34,745 nucleotides of DNA from a virus (lineage: Duplodnaviria; Caudoviricetes), in the IMG/VR virus record IMGVR_UViG_3300017747_000930, positions 1 to 34,745 of that record. One strand, written 5' to 3'. Each line of letters starts with the position of its first letter. The stretch's first letter is position 1. Both the position numbers and the translations under genes were made by a program. Positions 1 to 7,568 of this stretch are shown piece after piece. The notes under the pieces were generated by a model, which was given only the letters and a program-made list of their open reading frames with translations, searched no databases and was not told the origin of the DNA.

Positions 1-108
1 ATGGAGACATTTGCCAACATTTTGTTTGTCAGCGGTCTTTTGATGGGTTTTGGCTGCTGCTTTTTGGTAGCTGCCGCAATTATGGCTGTGGTGCTTTTAG
101 ATGATTAA
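1..108 (+). CDS. Small single-TM membrane protein (35 aa)
   Basis: Manual translation METFANILFVSGLLMGFGCCFLVAAAIMAVVLLDD; start overlaps the upstream stop across the circular junction. Confidence 0.65.
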   Translation: METFANILFVSGLLMGFGCCFLVAAAIMAVVLLDD

Positions 109-123
109 ACGGTTTTGCACTAC
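1..123. repeat. Terminal direct repeat, copy 1 (123 bp); probably circular-assembly overlap
   Basis: Identical to 34623-34745; the TGA of ORF 34432..34623 overlaps the ATG at position 1/34623 (TGATG). Confidence 0.95.
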
Positions 124-265
124 CTGCCAACGTAAGAAGCCGGAAGAAGGCGGGTATAAACAGCCAGGCTTGATGCGGGGTTGGCGTTGCGAAGATTGTC
201 TGAAGAAGCGCAGCGTCAGCCCCTACCTTTCCCAAAAATCTAAAGAACTGCGGGGCTTATCATGA
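101..265 (+). CDS. Small CxxC...CxxC zinc-finger protein (54 aa)
   Basis: Manual translation MIKRFCTTCQRKKPEEGGYKQPGLMRGWRCEDCLKK...; stop overlaps the next start (ATGA 262-265). Confidence 0.75.
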   Translation: MIKRFCTTCQRKKPEEGGYKQPGLMRGWRCEDCLKKRSVSPYLSQKSKELRGLS

Positions 266-543
266 AAAAAATACTTTTAGCTTTACTGCTGGTTTCCAAC
301 GCTTACGCCGAAGATTGGTTTGAAGGCCCAAATAAAGCCAACGGCAAAATAGTTTTGCTAACCCTGCCTTGCACTCAAAGGCCAGACGCAACTACCCTAA
401 AATTAATGTATTCCACCGGCGACAGCGGCAAAACCCTGTGGGGCTGTTGGAATTACTGGTCAGGCGCAGTTCATGTAGTTTATGACGCTGGCGACACTTA
501 CACTTACCCGCCCGAACTCTTTACCTACAAACAATCCAAGTAA
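262..543 (+). CDS. Exported/periplasmic protein with Sec signal peptide (93 aa)
   Basis: MKKILLALLLVSNAYA is a classic signal peptide with AxA cleavage site; two Cys in the mature part; last gene of the + strand operon. Confidence 0.8.
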   Translation: MKKILLALLLVSNAYAEDWFEGPNKANGKIVLLTLPCTQRPDATTLKLMYSTGDSGKTLWGCWNYWSGAVHVVYDAGDTYTYPPELFTYKQSK

Positions 544-726
544 TTACTTGTGGCGAAGCTTTGGTATTGGGTGTGCTGAATCCATAGGCATCTTTTCATG
601 CCTCTTTAGTTCTTTATCTATGGCACTAACTTTTTGCATTTCCTTCTGGAAATCTTTTTTAACGACGTAATTTGAATCATTGTCTTTTTTTGATTCGCCT
701 TTGGTAATCTTAAAGTTAGTTGCCAT
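544..726 (-). CDS. Hypothetical charged protein (60 aa)
   Basis: ORF starts 1 nt after the endolysin stop. Confidence 0.7.
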   Translation of the reverse strand: MATNFKITKGESKKDNDSNYVVKKDFQKEMQKVSAIDKELKRHEKMPMDSAHPIPKLRHK

Positions 727-727
727 G

Positions 728-1210
728 TTAGTTCCCTAAATAAAGTGAGCGTTCATCTTTGCGGCGGTTTTCAAGCCCTTTTAAGACTTTACCACCGCCC
801 TTACAATACTTCAAAAACTCGTCGGCAGCACCTTGGTAATCACCGCGATTATGCTTTTGTCTGAGTGTGCTGCGCTGTAAAGTGCCAAGCCCGACGTTAA
901 AGCTGAAGCTGACAAGAGCATCCATCCAGTTTTGATTACTGCCAGCACTAGGGCAATATTTAAGAACTCCGCGCACAAAACGCTCAAGGTCTTTTGCCAG
1001 AATTGCATCTACTTCTTCCCTCGTAAATAATCTATTGTCTGCCGGCTTTAACTCAAACGCCGCACGATCTTCCAACTTCATTGCCCCTTGTTCTGGATAT
1101 AGAACGTGTCCTGTGCCTATAGTCCAAAGCTTTGCGGGGCAACGGTAAGGCTTCAGCTTCGTGCCTTCATGGTGCTGAATCATTTTTAGTGCTTTGCTTG
1201 ATATTCCCAT
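728..1210 (-). CDS. Endolysin, GH24 phage lysozyme
   Basis: HEG-x6-RCPAKLWTIGTGH catalytic region, DALVSFSFNVG, GLENRRKDERSLY. Confidence 0.95.
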   Translation of the reverse strand: MGISSKALKMIQHHEGTKLKPYRCPAKLWTIGTGHVLYPEQGAMKLEDRAAFELKPADNRLFTREEVDAILAKDLERFVRGVLKYCPSAGSNQNWMDALVSFSFNVGLGTLQRSTLRQKHNRGDYQGAADEFLKYCKGGGKVLKGLENRRKDERSLYLGN

Positions 1211-1220
1211 GCTATATTTA

Positions 1221-1319
1221 TTACGTTAGGGCGTTAAGCCAGCGTTTGAGGATGCCAATGCGAGATTTTTTCTGGCTTTCCATCTCGCCCATGTCAAAGG
1301 CCAAATCAAGCCCTAACAC
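1221..1319 (-). CDS. Small hypothetical protein (32 aa)
   Basis: GTG overlaps the upstream TAG (TAGTG); MLGLDLAFDMGEMESQKKSRIGILKRWLNALT fills the gap before the endolysin. Confidence 0.45.
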   Translation of the reverse strand: MLGLDLAFDMGEMESQKKSRIGILKRWLNALT

Positions 1320-1834
1320 TATTTACCAAAAGCTCTACCGCCAAAGTGAAACGCAATAATCGAAGCGAACAACGCTTGTGTTTCGTTGTCCCAAAGCTGG
1401 TCAGCCAACACATTGAATTCAACGCCGCTGCTAATGCCCTTGTAAGCTAATGTAGCGTCTATAGCCACAAGCAAAAAGAAGAACCCATAGGTAATAACAG
1501 GCCTGACAGACGCACGAAGGTCTTTCATCCATTGGCTAGTGCCTTCGTTCAAGCTTGTGTCATGCGCATATATAGCAGCCATTTCAGCCTGTTGCGCACC
1601 AATCAAAACCTGCTTGTTGTCAGCTTCCGTTTGCGTCTTAATCTCGTCTAACTTTATTTCTTCTATGTGCTGCTGTGCTGCGTAACCCGCCGCCAGTAAC
1701 TGCATTTCGCGCTCTGTCTGCATTTGCGCAAGCTGCAATTCGTGTTTTTTGTCTGACCTATCTTGCAAGAAATCAAATATCTTAGGCAAGCCGCCCATTA
1801 AGAACGAAATCAAAGTGCTGACAATTGTTAACAT
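1319..1834 (-). CDS. Holin-like membrane protein (resembles 3-TM GTA-type holins)
   Basis: N-terminal hydrophobic helix, coiled region, W-x4-RASVRPVITY, two further hydrophobic segments, FHFGGR end; next to endolysin. Confidence 0.7.
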   Translation of the reverse strand: MLTIVSTLISFLMGGLPKIFDFLQDRSDKKHELQLAQMQTEREMQLLAAGYAAQQHIEEIKLDEIKTQTEADNKQVLIGAQQAEMAAIYAHDTSLNEGTSQWMKDLRASVRPVITYGFFFLLVAIDATLAYKGISSGVEFNVLADQLWDNETQALFASIIAFHFGGRAFGK

Positions 1835-2043
1835 TATTCCCCCTGCATCTCTAGTATTATCTTTGCCCGAAGTTCACGCATTTTCTTTATTTCTTCCATC
1901 GCCTTAATCGTTGCGTTGTTCATGTCAAGATACATTATGCCCATGACAGGCAATGCAATAACTAGCACAATACACACGACCACCAAGGCAATGAGAAATG
2001 ATAGCGGTACGTCTGGCTTGTTCTTATCAGTATCATCACCCAT
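1834..2043 (-). CDS. Single-TM protein with C-terminal coiled coil (start 2043 or 2127)
   Basis: TM LSFLIALVVVCIVLVIALPVMGIMYL; TAATG coupling to the holin; overlaps the 3' end of the upstream gene. Confidence 0.6.
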   Translation of the reverse strand: MGDDTDKNKPDVPLSFLIALVVVCIVLVIALPVMGIMYLDMNNATIKAMEEIKKMRELRAKIILEMQGE

Positions 2044-2573
2044 AGGAACCACACTAGGACGAACAACACCGCCAAAATGGAAGTCAGTTGTTCCTTTACC
2101 TTCCTTTTTATTTTTTCTCGTCGCCATTTAGCTACCTGCTGCTTATGTAACTCTTGACGTTGTACCTCTGCACGTTCTGCCTTAATCCTATCCCGCATGG
2201 CTTCAAACTCCGACCAAATTGCCCCCAATTCTTTAGGTGCGGAATATATGAGCGTTTCGCGTAACTCTGTTTCTAGCCTTATCATTTCCTTTTGCGCCAT
2301 TACCCTGTTAAACGCTTCTTGGTTTACAGATAGTTCAGGGTCACGCGCCTTCTTACTTTTTAATTCTTCCTCATGAACGTGCTTTTCTAGTTGTTCATGC
2401 GCTTTAAAAAAATGCCCTAAATGGCTGCTAATGTCAGCAACAACATCCTTAGCTTTACCGTAAGCATCGACCAATTCCATGCCATCCGCTTTAGCTGTTT
2501 GGTACAACTCACAACCTTGCTTGATAGCAGAAGCAGCCAGTTTTGCAGCCGCAAGAATAGTAAGCGGGTCAAT
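1962..2573 (-). CDS. Coiled-coil protein with C-terminal TM; probable non-canonical ATT start
   Basis: Frame is open upstream of the called TTG (2507) to ATT-GAC-CCG-CTT (IDPLTILAAAKLAASAIKQGCELY), overlapping the upstream TGA. Confidence 0.7.
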   Translation of the reverse strand: MDPLTILAAAKLAASAIKQGCELYQTAKADGMELVDAYGKAKDVVADISSHLGHFFKAHEQLEKHVHEEELKSKKARDPELSVNQEAFNRVMAQKEMIRLETELRETLIYSAPKELGAIWSEFEAMRDRIKAERAEVQRQELHKQQVAKWRREKIKRKVKEQLTSILAVLFVLVWFLWVMILIRTSQTYRYHFSLPWWSCVLC

Positions 2574-2775
2574 TTTTTGTGAATATGTGAGTTATGTAAC
2601 CAGACACAGCACTAACAGCAGAAACAAAGACCATGCCGAACCACATGCCGCCACGACCCTTGTTAGCCAACGCAAGCAACTCTTTTAAATCTTTGTCCAT
2701 AGAATCGACTTTTTTATCCATCGCTTCTACTTGAGCAACTAGCTGACCATATTTGAACATATCAACGTCTGACAT
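2569..2775 (-). CDS. Small coiled-coil plus C-terminal TM protein (holin/XhlA-like architecture)
   Basis: Heptad region, then ANKGRGG and a hydrophobic helix; first gene of the lysis cassette. Confidence 0.65.
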   Translation of the reverse strand: MSDVDMFKYGQLVAQVEAMDKKVDSMDKDLKELLALANKGRGGMWFGMVFVSAVSAVSGYITHIFTKN

Positions 2776-2785
2776 TTCCCGCACC

Positions 2786-3331
2786 TTATGTTTTCTGAAT
2801 GAAAGCTAAAGCATAATAAAGCGGATTGTTTGTTCCAACGGATGTAACCACGCCGGATGACGCAAAGCCGCCATTGTTACCGACCGAATAGCTAGTGCCA
2901 GCACCGACAACAAAACGATCACGCAAATCAGGCGTTCCATTCGTACCATCGCAAATAACATAACCGGAAGGAATCGACCCTATAGAACCACTCCACATGA
3001 TAATACCGCCTGTCGGTACTGGAGTAACCGACGGTGCGGAACCTAAAATGCCATACAAATTATCGTAAGTGGCAATAACGACGTTGCTGCTATCCGTCAA
3101 AATAAACTTATAGTTGCTGCTTGCTGTTAGCCAGATTTCCTGCGGTGGTCTGCCATCCGTACCCAAAACAATAGGGTTGGTGTTGGCAATCGTACCCGCC
3201 GACGTTGTATAAGTGTTTTGCGGCGTTGTTGTGCCAGCTTGGTAAGTATAAATAAAACCGCCAGATAGCGGCTCACCTAAAGTTGTAAAGAACTGGAAAC
3301 CATTGCCGATTGGCGAAAGATTGACGCTCAT
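2786..3331 (-). CDS. Short tail protein: virion-attachment domain plus tail collar domain
   Basis: GGFIYTYQAGTTTP...NPIVLGTDGR attachment motif; PTGGIIMWSG...PSGYVICDGTNGTPDLRDRFVVGAG collar motif. Confidence 0.8.
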   Translation of the reverse strand: MSVNLSPIGNGFQFFTTLGEPLSGGFIYTYQAGTTTPQNTYTTSAGTIANTNPIVLGTDGRPPQEIWLTASSNYKFILTDSSNVVIATYDNLYGILGSAPSVTPVPTGGIIMWSGSIGSIPSGYVICDGTNGTPDLRDRFVVGAGTSYSVGNNGGFASSGVVTSVGTNNPLYYALAFIQKT

Positions 3332-5910
3332 TATTTTCTGCCTTTTCTAAAGTTTTCTTCCAATTGCTTTTGTAATCTTTCCGCTGCTTGTCGTTGCGAA
3401 CGGCCTTTTAAAAGACCGCTTGTCTTGCCGCCAATAACTTCGCCAATAGCCGCACCTGCAGAACCGCCAATAGCAGAACCAGCAGCAGCACCCGCAGTAG
3501 GCAATTTCTCAGCAAGACGCTCCAACCTAGACGCTTGCAACGCTGCGCCTTCGTAACCATGCGTAGGCATTAATTGCCCTGCGTAGTTTAACTTGTGGAA
3601 AGCTTGAACTTCTTCAGGGTCAAACGCATGACGTATCTTTTGATCTAAAGCATTCATGCGCTTGTTAGCACCAACAGCACTCCATTCGCCTTTATTGCCA
3701 GCACCGGCTTTATAAATATCTCTAGCTAATGCACCTGTCATTTCGCTTTTTGCAGCCTTTGCCGCTGCAATAACTTCTTCAGGAACGGCAACCATTTCAC
3801 CTTTTATTTTTACAGAACCTTTGGAAAGTTGGTCAGCAGTATCGTAAATGTGTCGCCATTGGTCAAACGGCATACTGTTTAGCTTTTGCGGTATAGCTTC
3901 AAACGCCGCACCTGTCTGCACACCGTTAGGGTCTATTTCACCAAAAATAGTTTTGATGCCCTTAGAACCAAACAATATTTTTTCTGCTTCATGCATCCTG
4001 TCAGCTACTTTGTAAAGATCACCACCTCCAGCGGCAGCAACGTCCTTATCAATAGCTTGATTTATCTTGCGGATAATGCTTGCGTTGTCTTTAGTCCAAT
4101 TTGAATTTAAAGACTTCCTAACCGCATCCCACGCAGAAATAGAATTAGCCGGATGAAACTTGCCGACTTCATCTTCAAAGCCAACAGTTTTAGCCAATTC
4201 AATCAGTTGCTGTGCGCTTTTTGCAACCGCTTCATTTCCCTTTAATCCAAGGCCAGCCCTAAATTGCTTGTTCTCAAGCAAATCATCAACATGGCTTGTG
4301 TTAATAGGGTTGTCGCCTACTTTATCTTTCGCCGCTTGATAAAGATCGCTTTTCTGCTTTTTAAACCAGCCTGTAGCACCTTCGTCGCCAGTAAAAGCGT
4401 CGTTAATTGCCTGACCGCGTTCATAATCGCTATTGAAGTTTCTGTTTGCTCCGGTATTGTTTACGCGCTCTTGAGCATAGTTTGACAAAGCATTTTGCTC
4501 GTCTGCAAGCTGTTGTTTCAAAATCTGTGCCGCAGGTGTGTCAGCTTTCTTTGCAAGCGTGTATTCGCTGCGCAGAATATCCTCGTTGCCTTTTAAAACG
4601 CCCTCACGAATACCTGAAGCATCTTTTCCTAAAACTTCACTTAATATTTCAGCCCTAACATTTTGTTCAGTAGGCGAAACATCATTTCTAATTTTAGACA
4701 GTTTGACAGTTGGGTAAGCACCTGTAGTTTCTTCGCCTGTAATGTGACCGGCATAAGGATTAGCTTCACTACGCGCAGCACCAACTCCCGAAAGTTCTTG
4801 GGCTTCTGTTGGTTCTGGCCCATAACCTTTTTTCCTGCGCTCAAACTGCTGACGCATAGCAATATCAGCACTTGTTGGGACAATATCTTTAACAGCTTGT
4901 TTTGCAGCCGTAACAGCTTCAGCAGCTTTCGGCACAACATTTTCAGCAGCAGCAACCGCCTTGTTTACTACCTTACCGGCAAACCTATTTGCAGCAGGGC
5001 CAGCCGCAAAACCGGCAGTAAACATTAAATTTTGAACGGAAGCTTTTGGCAAACCTGTTTGTTGTGCAATCCAATCAGCACCTTTATCAAGATTTTCGCC
5101 AATAAATTGCATTGTTTGCTGACTAATTTCGCCTTTGTATTCCGGCGTTTCAGAAACACCAAAGGCTTGGCCTACAGGCTTTGTGTAAGGCTCTACAAAC
5201 TGTTTATATGCTTCTTCCCTGCCACGTTCTGCTTGACCGGCCTTTGCCAGCCCTAGTGCCTCTAAACCCTTTACGCCGGCATAGCCAATTTCAGCCAAAG
5301 CAGTCCCAGGAAAAGCTTGAACGCCACCTAGAATGGTATCGGCTAAACCGGCAACGCTGCGACCAATCTTAGAAATAGTGCTAGTTTCTCTAGGATTAGT
5401 CGGCGGCATGTAAGGAATATTTCCGCCCTTTGGTTTTGCCGGTGCTTGGCCTTTGTAAATATCGCCGACCGCCGCTTCAATATCCTGAACGTCCATAACG
5501 TCGCTTTGAAAGTCTTTCATTGCGACAGCATGCACAGGGTCTTTTTTACCCATTGGCCTATGAATGCCAAACTTGTTCAGGAACTTTTCAGGAACGCTTG
5601 CGGGAATATCCAAAGCATTACCTGTTTCGTGCAAGCTTGTGCCAGGTGGGGCTACAGGGTTTGGATTGGTAGCACGTTGGTCGTAAAGCCGTTGTTGATC
5701 TGCTTTTGATCTAACCGCGCTAGTAATGGGCAAGTCTTTGCCAAACTCTTTGCGATAAGCTTCCTGCGCTTTTTGCACACGTTCCGCAAGGTCAGGGTTT
5801 AAACCTGTCAGATCAACAGTTTTAGATTTTGCTGCCGGCTTGCCTTTTTGACCGTAAACATCTCTTACGGCTGCGTCAATAGCATCTGCATTTAGTTCAT
5901 CGACAGCCAT
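3331..5910 (-). CDS. Large ejection (DNA transfer) protein with N-terminal M15-type peptidase domain
   Basis: Position equals P22 gp16; ITSAVRS..Q..LY, PGTSLHETGNALD and DPVH zinc-peptidase motifs; mostly helical remainder. Confidence 0.75.
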   Translation of the reverse strand: MAVDELNADAIDAAVRDVYGQKGKPAAKSKTVDLTGLNPDLAERVQKAQEAYRKEFGKDLPITSAVRSKADQQRLYDQRATNPNPVAPPGTSLHETGNALDIPASVPEKFLNKFGIHRPMGKKDPVHAVAMKDFQSDVMDVQDIEAAVGDIYKGQAPAKPKGGNIPYMPPTNPRETSTISKIGRSVAGLADTILGGVQAFPGTALAEIGYAGVKGLEALGLAKAGQAERGREEAYKQFVEPYTKPVGQAFGVSETPEYKGEISQQTMQFIGENLDKGADWIAQQTGLPKASVQNLMFTAGFAAGPAANRFAGKVVNKAVAAAENVVPKAAEAVTAAKQAVKDIVPTSADIAMRQQFERRKKGYGPEPTEAQELSGVGAARSEANPYAGHITGEETTGAYPTVKLSKIRNDVSPTEQNVRAEILSEVLGKDASGIREGVLKGNEDILRSEYTLAKKADTPAAQILKQQLADEQNALSNYAQERVNNTGANRNFNSDYERGQAINDAFTGDEGATGWFKKQKSDLYQAAKDKVGDNPINTSHVDDLLENKQFRAGLGLKGNEAVAKSAQQLIELAKTVGFEDEVGKFHPANSISAWDAVRKSLNSNWTKDNASIIRKINQAIDKDVAAAGGGDLYKVADRMHEAEKILFGSKGIKTIFGEIDPNGVQTGAAFEAIPQKLNSMPFDQWRHIYDTADQLSKGSVKIKGEMVAVPEEVIAAAKAAKSEMTGALARDIYKAGAGNKGEWSAVGANKRMNALDQKIRHAFDPEEVQAFHKLNYAGQLMPTHGYEGAALQASRLERLAEKLPTAGAAAGSAIGGSAGAAIGEVIGGKTSGLLKGRSQRQAAERLQKQLEENFRKGRK

Positions 5911-7559
5911 TATTGCCCCTTAAGAACTGAGTTCATAAAGTTAATCTTCTGCAAGGCTTTCTTGTATTTGTCAGACTTAGGGCCACCCATAGAATCAACA
6001 ACGTATTTAATGTCAGCTTTGTTGCCGTTCTTAATAGCGTCATAAAGCTGAATAGCTTCAACGTCAGCAACTTGTGACCACTTGTTTTGGAAATCTCTTG
6101 CTGACAGCGGGTCATTTGTTTTGTTAAACGCATTTTGAATGCCGCGATTAACCAAATCAGTTGCCGTAGCTAAAGCACGATTAACTCTTGCGGTTTTCTT
6201 AATTGCGTCAGGAGTCCATTCGGTAGTGCCTGACATTTGACCGGCAATTGCTCGACCCGCATCACTATTTAGGCCAGCACTTTGCGCAAGAGTAGAAGTC
6301 TGCAAAGCCATGTAATGACCAAGCTGGTTCAAGTTACTAGCCATATCGCCGCCAAAAGGCAACGCAGCATAACCACCGGTAAGGTTAGCTAAAAGGTCAG
6401 CACCTTTACCTGTCGCCGCTTTGTCAGCAAGTTCAATAATTTTATTGTTGTTAAACAATTGCAACGGAACTTGTCCAGCGGCATCTTGCGCATTTGTACG
6501 CATTTTGTTTGCCGCTTCATATGTTGCCGGCGTTTCACCTGGGCGCATCCGCGCCGGTGGTGGTGCTGCTTGAATTGGCGTAACTCTTTGTGCTTGTGGT
6601 GCGGTTGGTACTTCAGTCGTTGCTGCCGCTGGTGCTGCTGCTGGTGCGGCAGTTGGCGCAGGTGCTGACGGCGCAGCTTGTTGACCGCCAACAGCAGGAA
6701 TTGTAATTTCTCCGTACACGCTACCGTCAGGGTTGTAAACAATAGCAGTTGGGTTGTTGTTTATATCAACGCGACCTGTTGGAACAACTTTTTGCCCTGG
6801 CTGTATTGTTGTCGGTATAGCTTTGCCGCCGCCAACTTGAATGTTTGGAGTTGAACCAGCAACAGAAGGAGTAACAACAACAGGTTTAATTTCGCTACCT
6901 GTATTAACAGTTTGAACTGAAGGCGCAAATTTAGCCTCTTGTTCTGCCGCACCTAACAATGATTGCGCACCACGAATAGCAGATTGAGAAATGCCAGGCC
7001 CTTCTTGTGCTTGGCTTAAAAGATTAATTTCAACGTCAATTAAGTCATGCAAATCTTTTTCATTCTTGTGCATGGCTTTCAAATGATTTAACTCTTGAAT
7101 ATACACTTTAGGGTCATTAACACCCATGCGACCAAGCATAGCCAAAGGCCCTGCAATAATTGCCCTTTGCGTTAATCCAAGTTTGTTTCTAGCTTCAATG
7201 CCCTTAGTTTGAGCCTCGCCAAGTGTCGTGAACTTGTTAATTACTTCGCCGCCAGTTAAAGGCGCAATGCTTGGAATTGACGAATTTAACTTGTCAATAT
7301 CAATACGACCATTGGTTTGCCAATTGTTTGGGTTAGACAAAAACTTTTGCAAAGCTACTTGCTCTGCATTTGTTCGTTGCGCTTGCTCAAGATCAATGCC
7401 GCCTTTGCTAACAGTTTGTTGTGCTTGCTGAAGCTGCAAAGGATTCATTTGCATGTTCTGCTGCAAAGATTGCGCAGCACCCGCCATATTCAGCATGTCA
7501 TTTAGGCTTGTTGGCTTTGTTTGTGGGCCTAAATTCAAATTGAAACCATAGTCAGCCAT
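5910..7559 (-). CDS. Ejection (DNA transfer) protein, P22 gp20 position
   Basis: Q/A-rich 549 aa with a Pro/Ala linker; synteny; TAATG coupling. Confidence 0.65.
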   Translation of the reverse strand: MADYGFNLNLGPQTKPTSLNDMLNMAGAAQSLQQNMQMNPLQLQQAQQTVSKGGIDLEQAQRTNAEQVALQKFLSNPNNWQTNGRIDIDKLNSSIPSIAPLTGGEVINKFTTLGEAQTKGIEARNKLGLTQRAIIAGPLAMLGRMGVNDPKVYIQELNHLKAMHKNEKDLHDLIDVEINLLSQAQEGPGISQSAIRGAQSLLGAAEQEAKFAPSVQTVNTGSEIKPVVVTPSVAGSTPNIQVGGGKAIPTTIQPGQKVVPTGRVDINNNPTAIVYNPDGSVYGEITIPAVGGQQAAPSAPAPTAAPAAAPAAATTEVPTAPQAQRVTPIQAAPPPARMRPGETPATYEAANKMRTNAQDAAGQVPLQLFNNNKIIELADKAATGKGADLLANLTGGYAALPFGGDMASNLNQLGHYMALQTSTLAQSAGLNSDAGRAIAGQMSGTTEWTPDAIKKTARVNRALATATDLVNRGIQNAFNKTNDPLSARDFQNKWSQVADVEAIQLYDAIKNGNKADIKYVVDSMGGPKSDKYKKALQKINFMNSVLKGQ

Positions 7560-7568
7560 GATTAATCC

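Noticed and set aside
1-123. Biological terminal repeats of the virion DNA
   Set aside because: The repeat starts exactly at an ATG inside an operon and ends mid-gene. This fits a rotated circular assembly better; read termini would be needed to say otherwise.
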